This document shows positions 9,777 to 20,410 of a stretch of DNA of 64,000 nucleotides, piece after piece. Position 1 is the first letter of the stretch. Each line of letters begins with the position of its first letter. Under the pieces are notes generated by a model. The model ran no database searches. It saw only the letters and a list, made by a program, of their open reading frames with translations, and was not told the DNA's origin. The DNA is taken from the NCBI GenBank assembly GCA_965238005.1, contig OZ250165.1:288001-352000 (forward strand), in the 5' to 3' direction. The position numbers and the translations under genes were made by a program. The stretch comes from Longimicrobiales bacterium (GTDB lineage Bacteria; Gemmatimonadota; Gemmatimonadetes; Longimicrobiales; Gaopeijiaceae).

Positions 9777-11244
9777 ATGTCTATTCGAATTGCTTCGGTC
9801 TTGATCATTCCTGTGTCCGTTTTCTTCTGTTCCTGCAGTTCTGAAAGGGTCGACGCGGAATCGACCGATACGGCGACGACCGAAGCACAAGCTCAGGAAG
9901 TGGCCGCCCTGCGCGAATGGAATCATCGGATTCGTCGCGAAAAGTTCGATATCGTCCTGCCTGAAGTCATGAGGAAGAACGATGTCGATATGTCGATTCA
10001 TGTGATGAGAGAGACCATTCCGGATTCCTTCGGTGCGGAAGACTTGGGGAGCACATCCGGTGTTTTCGTCTTCACGGACCGCGGCGGCGACCGGATCGAA
10101 CGTGCGGTTCTCGGACGTCGCTGGGGAGCTTCACATGCTGGAGAAACATGGAGGGTGACTTGGGAGACCGAGTCGGTCGAGGAATCACGAGCCTACGACA
10201 TAGTCCACGACCCGGTTCTCGTGAAGCAACCGCCGGGAGGGCCGGAGACGGAATACGATTATCGATTCCAGGGCCTCGGAGAATTCGTTGAAGAACGTGA
10301 CCCCGAACGAATCGCTCTGAACTTCAAGCTCGACCTGGGGCCCTATCCGACCACGACAAGAGCACAAGACGGCCTCTCGCATACCGACTACCTCCTCTTG
10401 GCCGAGGAGCTCGGCGACAAATACGCCGACCGGATCGTTTCGTCTGAATTCGTGATGATGGAGTACATAGCCAGACCGGTGCCAAGTGAAGTTGAGCTAC
10501 TCAAGAAGATGCGTGAGGACGAAGTTGAGCGCATAACGAGAGCTTTTGAGGGAGATCGTGCCGGGTGTGACGAGGAATCGCGAGGTCGGAGTGACCGTTT
10601 TTCGCCGTAGAGGCACCGGCGTATCACAAAGGGGACGGACTCCGGGTCATGAGAACGTTGTGATCGAGGGAGGCGACATCATCGCAGCCCCGAGTCAGGG
10701 TATGTACGCCTACGTGCTCCGTGAGGGAGAGACTGAACCGCCTCCAGAGATCGAGGAACTCTGGGCAAGATATCGGAGAATTGATGAGGTTTTGGCAGAA
10801 CACATCAAGGTGGGCCTCACCCCTCGTGAAATAGTCACTAACTTCACGGCCGTTTTCGAAGAGGAAGGAATAATTCTCCGGGACGACCAGTTGTTGCATT
10901 TGTTCACCCCAAGGAATGATTTTTCCGCATATGCCGCAGGTTTTGACCCTGAAAAGACCCACCTCAATATCGATCTCCATGCCATGGGGAAAGGAGCGCG
11001 TGAGAGGACGTTTGAGAATTATTTTGGCCCCAGGATTGGCACTTACGGTCCCGAGTGGATGTGGGACATCCCGCTCCCACCCAATCACCACTTCGTTATA
11101 GAGTTCTTCATGTATATGCCATGGCCTTCCCCAGAACACGAAGACCAATATCTATTCTGGTGGGATCATGAGCAGGCGCTTGCCACCGAAAGTGGAATCG
11201 AATATTTGTCTCCGCCGCAAGAGGAGCTTTATCTCATCACATAG
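9777..11244 (+). pseudogene. Xaa-Pro aminopeptidase (M24)-like lipoprotein, frameshift near 10550
   Basis: RREKFDIVLPEVMRKNDVDM, ERDPERIALN, AYVLREGETEPP motifs in two overlapping frames. Confidence 0.7.
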
Positions 11245-11298
11245 GAGGGGAGCTCTACCACCGTGCTACCAGACGTGTGCTGAGGGCCGAATGGAGCC

Positions 11299-13149
11299 CT
11301 AGAACATCTCCGATGGGTCGGGCTCTGTGGGCCCCTCCCCATCGTACCGGTTCGGAATGAAGTCGCCGGTGATCATATCGCGATAGGATAGACCCGGCCC
11401 GACCATCGGGTAGACGCCGGCCTCTGGGTCGATGATCACCTCGAGGAACGCCGGCCCCTCGAAGCTCAGGAATTCCTCGAGGACCCGGGTGACGTCGTCC
11501 TTGCGATCCAATCGAACGGCGTACGGGAAGCCGTCGGACTCGGCGGCCTTCACGAAGTCCTTCTTGCGCAGCGACTTGTCACTCCCCGACAGACGCCCCT
11601 TGAAGAAGAGGCGCTGCCACTGCATGACCATGCCGTCACCATAGTTGTTCAGCACCATGACCTTGACCGGCAGATCATACGTGGTCACGGTCTCGAGTTC
11701 CCCGAGATTCATGCGCATGCTGCCGTCGCCGTCCACGTCGATCACGAGCTTGTCCGGGCGAGCGAACTGCGCACCGATCGCCGCGGGCAGCCCGAAACCC
11801 ATCGTCCCCATACTTCCCGACGTCAGCCACAGGTTGGGTTCTCGGAAGTCGCAATATTGCGCGGCCCACATCTGGTGTTGGCCAACCCCCGTCGAGATGA
11901 TCGCCTCACCCTTGGTGATCCGGTTCATCGTCTCGATGACGTAGTGGGGCTGGATGAGCTCGCTTTCGCGGTCATAGTTCAGGGCGTATGTCGCCTTGAG
12001 GTCCGCGATCTCGGCGTGCCACTCCGAGAAGTCTCCCTCAAAGCCTGTCTCGACCCCGTGAGCGGCGAGCGCAGCGAGTGCCTCCCTGAGTCGCCCCACG
12101 TAGTGCCAGTCGGCCTTTTTGACCTTGTGGATCTCGGAGGGGTCGATGTCGAAGTGGAGGACCCGCCGGGCCTTGGGCGCGAAAGCCGTCGGGACGCCCG
12201 CGACCCGGTCGTCGAAGCGGGCCGCCACCGCGATGAGCAGGTCGCAGTCGTCCACGGCGTAGTTTGCGTACGCCATCCCGTGCATGCCCAACATGTGAAG
12301 CGAGAGCGGATGGGTCGTGTCCATGCTCCCCAGCCCCATCAGCGTCGTCACGACCGGAATCCGGAACGTTTCCGCCAGCGCGCGCATCTCCGCGCTCGCC
12401 TCCCCCTTGATGACGCCTCCGCCCACGTACATCAGGGGTCGCCTGCTCTCCCCGAGCATCGCGAAGAACTCCCGGCACCGGTCTTCTCCGAGCGTGTTGG
12501 CGTAGACGCCTTCCATCCGGTGCCGGTACCCCGGTATCGGCAGTCGGCCCTCGCCATGGAAGGGGCCCTCCCAGTTCTGCACGTCTTTGGGCACGTCCAC
12601 CACCACCGGGCCCGGCCGCCCCGTGCGGGCGATCTCGAACGCCGTCCGGACGGTCGACTCGAGCTCCTCCGCATCAGTCACCAGAAACACGTGCTTGGCG
12701 ACGGCGCCCATGATCGAGGCCACGGGTGCTTCCTGGAACGCGTCGGTGCCGACGGCTTCGGTGGGCACCTGCCCGCAGATGACGACGATCGGTACCGAGT
12801 CCGCCATGCAGTCCCGTACCGGTGTGACGCAGTTCGTCGCTCCCGGACCCGAGGTCACCATCACCACGCCGACCCGTCCACTCGCCCGCGCGAAGCCCGC
12901 GGCCATGAACCCGGCACCCTGCTCGTTGGCCGGAACGATGAGCGACATCGGCTCGACGCCGCCCTCGATGTGTTCCGCGTTGTAGCGGAACACCGCGTCA
13001 TAGGTTGGCAGGATCGCGCCGCCACTGTACCCGAAGATGGTCTCCACCCCCTCGTCCGCGAGCACGTGCACGATGATGTCCGCGCCGCTCATGACGCGGC
13101 CAGAGGGGGCATACGTCTGACTGGGCTTGGGTCGAGCCTGTGTGTCCAT
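11299..13149 (-). CDS. ilvB: Acetolactate synthase large subunit
   Basis: IFGYSGGAILP, TSGPGATN, LGMHG, RFDDRV, GVGQHQMWAAQ, GTMGFGLPAAIGA, DGDGS. Confidence 0.97.
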   Translation of the reverse strand: MDTQARPKPSQTYAPSGRVMSGADIIVHVLADEGVETIFGYSGGAILPTYDAVFRYNAEHIEGGVEPMSLIVPANEQGAGFMAAGFARASGRVGVVMVTSGPGATNCVTPVRDCMADSVPIVVICGQVPTEAVGTDAFQEAPVASIMGAVAKHVFLVTDAEELESTVRTAFEIARTGRPGPVVVDVPKDVQNWEGPFHGEGRLPIPGYRHRMEGVYANTLGEDRCREFFAMLGESRRPLMYVGGGVIKGEASAEMRALAETFRIPVVTTLMGLGSMDTTHPLSLHMLGMHGMAYANYAVDDCDLLIAVAARFDDRVAGVPTAFAPKARRVLHFDIDPSEIHKVKKADWHYVGRLREALAALAAHGVETGFEGDFSEWHAEIADLKATYALNYDRESELIQPHYVIETMNRITKGEAIISTGVGQHQMWAAQYCDFREPNLWLTSGSMGTMGFGLPAAIGAQFARPDKLVIDVDGDGSMRMNLGELETVTTYDLPVKVMVLNNYGDGMVMQWQRLFFKGRLSGSDKSLRKKDFVKAAESDGFPYAVRLDRKDDVTRVLEEFLSFEGPAFLEVIIDPEAGVYPMVGPGLSYRDMITGDFIPNRYDGEGPTEPDPSEMF

Positions 13150-13246
13150 GGCGCTGGAAGGTCGACGAGGCCCTGGCCCATTGCAATAGGCACCGCCCCT
13201 ACGCGACTTTTACACTTTGCTGTAGTGCCGCGGCGAACGCACCGAA

Positions 13247-13753
13247 ATGCGACACATCATCTCCATTCTCCTGGATAACCAGGCCGGCGCCCTCTCGCGC
13301 GTCGCGAACCTCTTCTCGTCCCGGGGCTACAACATCGAGAGCCTGAACGTGGCCCCTACGCACGACGAGAGAGTCTCACGGGTGACCCTCGTCACGCGCG
13401 GCTCCGACGCCGTCATCCGTCAGATCTCCAACCAGCTCGGCAAGCTGATCGATGTGGTGAGCATCGTCGACCTGACCGGCACCGATCACATCGAGCGTGA
13501 GCTGGCTCTGTTCAAGGTGCGCGCGCCCGAGGATTCTCGGGCCGAGCTCGCGGCGATGCTGGAGGAGTTCGGCGGACAAATCCTGGGCTACGACGAGGGG
13601 CACGGCACGCTGGAGCTGATCGGGAGCGGGCCCGAGATCGATCTCTTCATGAAGAACGTCGCGGCCTTCGCCGAAATCGAGTCGGTGGCGCGGAGCGGCG
13701 CCGTCGCGGTGGCAAAGGGTTCGCCGATCTTCGACACTCACGTGGCGGACTAG
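13247..13753 (+). CDS. ilvN: Acetolactate synthase small subunit
   Basis: MRHIISILLDNQAGALSRVANLFSSRGYNIESL ACT domain; ERELAL; ARSG. Confidence 0.96.
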   Translation: MRHIISILLDNQAGALSRVANLFSSRGYNIESLNVAPTHDERVSRVTLVTRGSDAVIRQISNQLGKLIDVVSIVDLTGTDHIERELALFKVRAPEDSRAELAAMLEEFGGQILGYDEGHGTLELIGSGPEIDLFMKNVAAFAEIESVARSGAVAVAKGSPIFDTHVAD

Positions 13754-13812
13754 GGCCCGAAAATCACAACGCACGCGTCTCGGTACGCGGGCATACGGAG
13801 GCGACGGCACAC

Positions 13813-14865
13813 ATGGCGCAGATTCAGTTTGGTGACGAGTTGGAGACCGTGGTCACTCGAGATGAGTGGCCCTTGGAGAGAGCAATCGAGTACCTTGCGG
13901 ACGAGACGATCGCCGTTCTCGGCTATGGGGTTCAGGGTCCCGGACAGGCGCTGAATCTCAAGGACAATGGCTTCAACGTGTTCGTCGGACAGAGGCGGGG
14001 CACGCGGAGCTGGGACAAGGCCGTCGCCGACGGCTGGGTGGAGGGCGACGATCTCTTCGAGATCGAAGAGGCGGCCGCGCGGGGCACGATCATCCAGTAC
14101 CTGCTGTCCGACGCGGGACAGATCACACAGTGGAGCACGCTCCTCCCGCACCTGACGCCCGGAAAGTGCTTGTACTTCTCTCATGGCTTCGCGGTGACCT
14201 TCAAGGACGACACAGGGGTCGTCCCACCGGAGGGAATCGATGTCGTGCTGATCGCACCCAAAGGCTCGGGGACGTCACTTCGGCGGTTCTTCCTCCAGGG
14301 CAAAGGGATCAACTCGAGCTACGCGATCTTCCAGGACGCGACGGGACGAGCACGGGATCGGGTCGTGTCTCTCGGCATCGGTGTCGGCTCCGGGTACCTG
14401 TTCGAGACCGACTTCGAGAAGGAGGTCCTCTCCGACCTCACCGGAGAGCGGGGTGTGCTGCTGGGCGCGATCGCGGGCGTGTTCGAGGCCCAGTTCACCT
14501 GCCTGCGAAAGAACGGCCACTCGCCGTCCGAGGCCTTCAACGAGACGGTCGAGGAGCTCACCGAGAGCCTGATGCCTCTGGTCGCCGAGAACGGCATGGA
14601 TTGGATGTATGCGAACTGTTCGACGACCGCGCAGCGGGGGGCGCTCAACTGGCGGCACAGGTTCAGGGACGCGGTGGCGCCTCTCTTCGACGAGCTCTAC
14701 GAGAGCGTCAGGTCGGGGAACGAGGCCCGGATCGTGATCGAGACCTGCGGCGCCGAGGACTACCGCGACCGGCTCGAAGAGGAGCTCGCCGCGCTTGGCG
14801 ACGAGGAAATCTGGCGCGCCGGCAAGCAGGTGCGGGCGCTGAGGCCGGATACAGCCGGAAGCTGA
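13813..14865 (+). CDS. ilvC: Ketol-acid reductoisomerase (fungal Ilv5 / Bacteroidota-like type)
   Basis: GYGVQG, YFSHGF, APKGSG, SDLTGERG, EAFNETVEE, CSTTAQRGA. Confidence 0.96.
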   Translation: MAQIQFGDELETVVTRDEWPLERAIEYLADETIAVLGYGVQGPGQALNLKDNGFNVFVGQRRGTRSWDKAVADGWVEGDDLFEIEEAAARGTIIQYLLSDAGQITQWSTLLPHLTPGKCLYFSHGFAVTFKDDTGVVPPEGIDVVLIAPKGSGTSLRRFFLQGKGINSSYAIFQDATGRARDRVVSLGIGVGSGYLFETDFEKEVLSDLTGERGVLLGAIAGVFEAQFTCLRKNGHSPSEAFNETVEELTESLMPLVAENGMDWMYANCSTTAQRGALNWRHRFRDAVAPLFDELYESVRSGNEARIVIETCGAEDYRDRLEEELAALGDEEIWRAGKQVRALRPDTAGS

Positions 14866-15129
14866 CGATCCGCGCGTCCGGGTCGGCCGGGTCGAACCTA
14901 GATGGCGCTCACTCACGCGTGACCGTTCCAGGAGTTCTGCCCGGGATCGAGAGTAGGGATGCTTCATCCCGGATCACGTCAAACCCGCTGTCACGCTCCA
15001 ACTCGGCAAGGCCTTCCAGGCCTCCTTCGGCCACCACGATCTCGTGATGGGGTTAGAGGATCCGGCGCAGCGCGGAACCTGCGACAGCTTCGCCCGATCG
15101 GCGGCGATGAGAGGTAGTTTGCCGAAATT

Positions 15130-15239
15130 CTTGACCAGCCCCAGCTGTCAGCCCTCAGCAAGAGCTCGCCGAGCAAGACCTGATGACCGGAGACTGAAGA
15201 CTGATGACTGTCGACTGACGACTCCCACTTGACCAGCCC
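15130..15239. repeat. Heptamer array (CTGANGA-like x6) flanked by 12-bp direct repeats
   Basis: ctgatga ccggaga ctgaaga ctgatga ctgtcga ctgacga at 15180-15221; CTTGACCAGCCC at 15130-15141 and 15228-15239. Confidence 0.8.
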
Positions 15240-15332
15240 ACCCACCCCGACCAGAATGGACGTCTACTGTCGTATACGAAAGCGTATACCGTCCAGGTTC
15301 GCTCACCGGCCAGTCACAAAGTTGAGGAGTTG

Positions 15333-16451
15333 ATGACGAGCCCAGCAGTTGATCGACGGACGTGGCTGAAAGCGGCCGGTGCCGCCGTGGTCGGTGCGGG
15401 TTTCGGCTCTGGCTGCGCCGCACCGGCGACCGGGGCCTCCAGGCTGACGAAGGTGCACGTCTCCCCGGACAGGGTCATTCGAACGACGGTCGGCTTGCGT
15501 CCGACGCGCCCATCCGGGTTCGTCCTCAAATCGGAGCGGGTCAACGACAAGACGGTCATCCATAACTACGGCCACGGCGGAAGCGGCATGTCCCTCTCAT
15601 GGGGCACCGCCCACCTCGCGACGGACGAAGCGCTGAAGACCGGCGAGACACGTTATGCCGTGATCGGCGCCGGTGTGGTGGGACTGTCCACCGCTCGGCT
15701 GCTGCAGCGACAGGGGTTCGCGGTGACCATCTACGCGAAAGACCTGCCGCCGCGCACGACGTCCAACATGTCGGCCGCGTGGTTCGGGCCGGCCGGCGCC
15801 TCGGATCCGGACCACACGACGCCGGAGTTCACCGAAGTGTGGCACAAGGCCACGCGCCTCTCCCACCGGTACTTCCAAGACTACCTTGGTGAGGCGTACG
15901 GCATCCGCTGGCTGCCGTATTACAGCGTCTCCGAGAGCCCGCCCAACCCAGAAGCGCAGCAGGGCGATCTGGGGCAGCTCATCACCGATCTGTATCCTGA
16001 AACCGTGGAGCTCGAGCCGGATCAACATCCCTTCTCTTCCCCGTACGTCCGCCGGCGCTGGACGATGCGGTTCGAGCCCGGGGTGTACCTGAACGCGATT
16101 CTGCGAGACTTCCGGCTGGCCGGCGGGCGGGTCGTCGTGCGCGAGTTCGAGAGCGCCGATCAGCTGCTGAGCCTGGACGAACCGGTGCTCATGAACTGCA
16201 CCGGTTTGGGCGCCAAGGAGCTGTTCGGCGACGAGGAGCTCCATCCGGTCAAGGGCCAGCTCACGGTGCTCCTGCCCCAGCCCGATGTCGACTACATGAC
16301 GGTCGGCGGTGGGTTGTACATGCTGCCGCGCCGGGACGGCATCGTGCTTGGCGCAACACGCGAAGTGGGCGAGTGGTCGCTCGAGCCGAGCCCCACCGAG
16401 ATGGAGCGCGTCATGAGCGGCCACATCGAATTCTTCGCTGGGATGACCTGA
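15333..16451 (+). CDS. D-amino-acid oxidase-family FAD oxidoreductase with Tat signal
   Basis: RRTWLK Tat motif; VGLRP..HNYGHGGSG precedes VIGAGVVGL (permuted order); NCTGLGA. Confidence 0.88.
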   Translation: MTSPAVDRRTWLKAAGAAVVGAGFGSGCAAPATGASRLTKVHVSPDRVIRTTVGLRPTRPSGFVLKSERVNDKTVIHNYGHGGSGMSLSWGTAHLATDEALKTGETRYAVIGAGVVGLSTARLLQRQGFAVTIYAKDLPPRTTSNMSAAWFGPAGASDPDHTTPEFTEVWHKATRLSHRYFQDYLGEAYGIRWLPYYSVSESPPNPEAQQGDLGQLITDLYPETVELEPDQHPFSSPYVRRRWTMRFEPGVYLNAILRDFRLAGGRVVVREFESADQLLSLDEPVLMNCTGLGAKELFGDEELHPVKGQLTVLLPQPDVDYMTVGGGLYMLPRRDGIVLGATREVGEWSLEPSPTEMERVMSGHIEFFAGMT

Positions 16452-16465
16452 CGGCCGTGTACAGA

Positions 16466-16572
16466 CCGAGCCCGACGCAGGGTGTCGGGCTCGGCGGAGA
16501 GGGTGACGTGAGGGGTCCGTACGATTAGGAGCACTGAAGGGGAAGGGGACATCGCAGAGCGATGTCCCCTTC
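16466..16572. terminator. Two GC-rich hairpins after the oxidase gene
   Basis: CCGAGCCCGAC/GTCGGGCTCGG (16466-16494) and GAAGGGGACATCGC/GCGATGTCCCCTTC (16542-16572). Confidence 0.55.
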
Positions 16573-16620
16573 TAAAACCGGGACCCGGCTCCCCAGCTGT
16601 TGCGGCTCCCCACCGCAATT

Positions 16621-16758
16621 AGCACACCCCCATGCCTCTGTCCCTCCGGTTTGAGGGTCCACCCCGCTCACCCGTCGCCGCCCATCCACACATGCGTTCG
16701 TCCCATTCGAGCATTGCGAATCCCCGAGCGCACGCTTGCCCCCCGTACACTGGCGGGC
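16621..16758 (+). mobile_element. IS91-like 3' non-coding remnant
   Basis: Nearly identical to 30428-30542; continues into the sequence shared with 9620 and 20150. Confidence 0.75.
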
Positions 16759-16821
16759 TCATGTATGGAATGGTGCCGGCGAGCTCTCCGGGCGCGGTCA
16801 GGCCGGTGGCCTCTCCCGTCG

Positions 16822-17050
16822 GGTCGTGCTCCTCCAGGCCATAATCGTCGCGATGTTCGAGTGCTTCAGCGATGCCAGGAGCTTGGCCTCACGGTTGAAT
16901 CGCGCCAGGTGCGTCGGATCGGCACCGAGGTCGGTCGGCAGGATCTTGATGGCGACCTCGCGATCGAGCGTGGCGTCGTGGGCAAGGTACACCTCACCCA
17001 TCCCGCCGAATCCGAGCGAGACGAGGATCTCGTAATGTCCGAGGGTGCGG
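16822..17050 (-). pseudogene. Ser/Thr protein kinase N-terminal stump
   Basis: LGHYEILVSLGFGGMGEVYLAHDATLDREVAIKILP...RFNREAKLLASLKHSNIATI. Confidence 0.85.
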
Positions 17051-17140
17051 TTGGAACCAAGCCCTCCGGTGCCCTACCGGCGCGCGCTCTTTCCCACGCC
17101 CGCGCGACGAAACCGGTTGAGGTATGCGGGCCAGGTTCGT

Positions 17141-19819
17141 TTAGCGCTCCAGCGGCACCACCAACACCGTCTGCGGCTCGCCCAGGTCGGTCACGTCTTC
17201 ACCCACCAGCCGGCCGAGGGTTGCCGTGTAGCGTCCGGTCTCTACTCGAGCGCCCTGTTCGTCCTGGCCGCCCCGGCCACCGGGTCCACCACGCTCGGCG
17301 GGGGTGCCGGCGGGGGGAGGCGGCGGGGGATCGTGACGCAGGTCCCACGAGACCCGGTGCACACCGGCCTCGCCGGACAGCTCCATGCGACGAACCCGTT
17401 CGCCAGCGTCATCGGTGATCGTCAGCACGAGTTGCGCTCCACCGGCAATCGGCTCGCGCAGGTGATAGGTCAGGGTGGCGCCGAACGGCGGGTTCGCCTC
17501 GGCGACGTCGCCCCAAGCGGCGCGCACCTGGCCGAGCTCGTTGAACAGCGGCGCGGCCCGCAGCGGGAACAACCAGGCGTCCGCCGCTAGCGTCTCCGTG
17601 TTGACGTCGCGAAGCGCCGTGTAGTCGTCGAGGATGTAGGTGCCGCGACCGAACGTGCCTACCACGAGGTCGGTCCACTGGCGCTGGATGTGCAGATCGC
17701 GCGCCTGCATCCTCGGGATGCCGTTGCGCAACTCGGTCCACTGGCGGCCGCCGTCGACGCTGAAGTACACGCCGAACTCGAGGCCCACGAACAACAGATC
17801 GGGGTTTACGTGGTCCTGCACGATCGACCAGGCGCCGGAGCGCTCCGGCAAGTTGCTGGTGATGTTTGTCCAGGTGCGACCGCGATCCGCGCTCTTCAGA
17901 ACCCAGGGTCGAAAGTCACCGCGCTGCCAGTTGTTGAACGTGGCGAAGACGGTTTCGGAGTCGCGGGCCGAGGCGAACACATCGGTGACGTAGATCTGCT
18001 CCGGAAGCCCCGGAATGCGTTCGATGCGGCGCCAGTTTTCGCCGCCGTCTTCCGAGATTTGTACGAGCCCGTCGTCGCTACCTACGTACAGGAGGCCCTC
18101 GACGAGCGGCGACTCGTCGAACGTCGTGATGACGCTCATCGTCGTGGTGTACAAATGCAGCCCGACGGCGTCCTCCGGCCAGATGCGGCCCATGATCGGC
18201 ATCTCGGTGCGGTCGAGGTTGCGCGTGAGGTCACCGCTCACCGGGGTCCAGTTGTCGCCTCGGTCGTCGCTCCGATACAGCCGGTGGCCCCCGTAGTAGA
18301 TGCGTCCCGCCGCGTGTTGGCTCAGCAGAAGGGGGCTGTCCCAATGCCAGCGGCCGCGGTCTTGGTCGCCGCGGTCGCCCCCGGTCGGGCGGATGCCGAC
18401 GCTCTGACCGGTGCTCAGGTCGAGGCGGTTGAGCGAACCGTTCTGCGACTGGGCGTAGACGATGTCGAGATCGGTGCGGTCGATGTAGGCCTGGAAGCCG
18501 TCGCCGCCGCCGACCCGGTACCAATCGCTGGTGCGAATGCCGGCCAAGTTGAGCGTTCGCGAGGGCCCACAGATGGTGCCGTTGTCCTGCGCGCCGCCGC
18601 ACACCCGGTAGAACGGTCGTGAGTTGTCGGCGCTCACGCGGTAGAACTGCGACAGCGGCAGGTTGGTGAAATGGCGCCAGGTGTCGCCGCCGTCGTACGT
18701 CTCGTACAAACCGCCGTCGTTGCCGATCCACATGTGCATCGGGTCGGTCTCGTCGAAGGTGATCTCGTGGTTGTCGACGTGCATGCTGAAGTTCATGCGC
18801 TCCCAGGTGGCGCCCTTGTCGGTGCTGCGCATGATCCGTACTTCGATGTTCCAGATGGTGTTGGGCCGATGCGGATCGACGAAGATCTCGCCGTAGTACT
18901 GGGGATCACCGCCCGAGTAGTCGCTCATGCGCGTCCACGACTCGCCGGTGTCCTCCGACAGGAAAAAACCGCCGTTGTCGCCTTGGGCGACGACCATGGC
19001 GTAGACGCGATCGGAGTTGCGGAAATCAACGCCTAGCGCGATGCGCCCCTTGTCGACCTGGGGAATGCCGTTCTCGATGCGTTCCCACGTGGCGCCGGCG
19101 TCGGTCGTCTTGAAGATCCCGGCCTCCGGGCCGCCCCCGATGGTCATGGCGTTATGGCGCCGTCGCTCGTAGGCGGCGGCGTAGATCACGTCGGGGTCCT
19201 CCGGATGGAACACGGCGTCGGCGATGCCGGTGTCCTCGCTGACGTACAGCACGCGGCTCCAGGTCTGTCCGCCATCGGTGGTCTTGTAGAGGCCCCGGTC
19301 GCCGCCGGAATTCCACAGCGGACCCGCCGCGGTCACGTATACGACGTCGGAGTCGCGCGGGTCGATAAGGATCTTCTGGATCTTCTGTGAATCGGTGAGG
19401 CCTGCCTGCGTCCAGGTGGCGCCGGCGTCGGACGACTTGTAGATGCCGTCGCCGTATGAGGTACTGCGATTGTGGATGTTCTCACCGGTGCCGAGCCAAA
19501 CGACGTTCGAGTCGCGTGGATCGACGACGACGGCACCCAACGAATACGACGGGTACTCGTCGAAGATCGGCGTCCAGGTGTTGCCCCGGTTGACGGTCTT
19601 CCACAGACCGCTGGATCCGACCGCCAGATACCAGACGTTGGAGTTGTTGGGATCGACCTCGAGGTCGGAGACGCGGCCGGTCGTCAGGCCCGGGCCAATG
19701 CTGCGGAACTCGAGGCCGCGGAATACCTCCATGCTCAACCGATCGCTGCCCGATTGTGCGTACAGGGAGGAGGTCGCGACCAAGAGGGCGACCAGGACTT
19801 TTCCGAGTGTGACTTTCAT
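17141..19819 (-). CDS. Secreted VPS10/BNR-repeat beta-propeller protein (putative glycosyl hydrolase)
   Basis: Signal peptide, FRSIGP..TGRV, many S/TxDxGxTW Asp-box repeats. Confidence 0.9.
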   Translation of the reverse strand: MKVTLGKVLVALLVATSSLYAQSGSDRLSMEVFRGLEFRSIGPGLTTGRVSDLEVDPNNSNVWYLAVGSSGLWKTVNRGNTWTPIFDEYPSYSLGAVVVDPRDSNVVWLGTGENIHNRSTSYGDGIYKSSDAGATWTQAGLTDSQKIQKILIDPRDSDVVYVTAAGPLWNSGGDRGLYKTTDGGQTWSRVLYVSEDTGIADAVFHPEDPDVIYAAAYERRRHNAMTIGGGPEAGIFKTTDAGATWERIENGIPQVDKGRIALGVDFRNSDRVYAMVVAQGDNGGFFLSEDTGESWTRMSDYSGGDPQYYGEIFVDPHRPNTIWNIEVRIMRSTDKGATWERMNFSMHVDNHEITFDETDPMHMWIGNDGGLYETYDGGDTWRHFTNLPLSQFYRVSADNSRPFYRVCGGAQDNGTICGPSRTLNLAGIRTSDWYRVGGGDGFQAYIDRTDLDIVYAQSQNGSLNRLDLSTGQSVGIRPTGGDRGDQDRGRWHWDSPLLLSQHAAGRIYYGGHRLYRSDDRGDNWTPVSGDLTRNLDRTEMPIMGRIWPEDAVGLHLYTTTMSVITTFDESPLVEGLLYVGSDDGLVQISEDGGENWRRIERIPGLPEQIYVTDVFASARDSETVFATFNNWQRGDFRPWVLKSADRGRTWTNITSNLPERSGAWSIVQDHVNPDLLFVGLEFGVYFSVDGGRQWTELRNGIPRMQARDLHIQRQWTDLVVGTFGRGTYILDDYTALRDVNTETLAADAWLFPLRAAPLFNELGQVRAAWGDVAEANPPFGATLTYHLREPIAGGAQLVLTITDDAGERVRRMELSGEAGVHRVSWDLRHDPPPPPPAGTPAERGGPGGRGGQDEQGARVETGRYTATLGRLVGEDVTDLGEPQTVLVVPLER

Positions 19820-19954
19820 GACTCCTCGCAGGGTAGGGGAGAGTGCACGATTCGGCTCCGGGCGGAGGCGTCCGGTTCGACACGTGCGGGAACCTCCCGC
19901 ATTCCACGGCCCGACGCAAGCTGGCCGGAGCTCGCCCTCCTCACAGAGGCCGCC

Positions 19955-20265
19955 GAGGGGTCATCGACGGCGTGTTCGGCGAGGGTCCGAGGGCTCGGTC
20001 CAGCTCCACGAGACCACCCACCTCACGGCCTCCGACTGGGACCAGCTTCAGCAGACCCTGCGCCACCGGGTGCTGCGCCACCGGGTGCTGCGCCACCGGG
20101 TGCTCAGATAATTCCACCGCCACGGTCTGCTCGAACGCCACGTCACCGATCGAGCATTGCGAATGCCCGAGCGCACGCTTGTCCCCCGTACACTGGCGGG
20201 AGCCCGCGAGTTGACTGGTTTGGCCCTGCCCCCTCAGGTTATCAAGGGCCTTTGTTTTTCCTTCC
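19955..20265 (+). mobile_element. IS91-like remnant (internal transposase piece fused to oriIS)
   Basis: VIDGVF...DWDQLQQTLRHRVLR (across a frameshift) with a 15-bp triplication at 20058-20102; end TTTGTTTTTCCTTCC. Confidence 0.7.
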
Positions 20266-20410
20266 CTGACTGCCCTTGCCATGGAGCGACGCGCACTGAT
20301 CGGTTTGTCCGGGGACGTTCTACCAAGCCTCCAAGGGAGCAGTTAGCGAAAGCACCGCAAGAGTCGAACGGTGGAAGGTCATCTGCTCATCGGGGCGCTG
20401 TCGCGGGCGT

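Noticed and set aside
14965..15050. Response-regulator receiver-like stump (HEIVVAEGGLEGLAELERDSGFDVI, minus strand)
   Set aside because: Too short to call with confidence
15180..20102. Short repeats as CRISPR arrays
   Set aside because: No unique spacers, units too short, no cas genes
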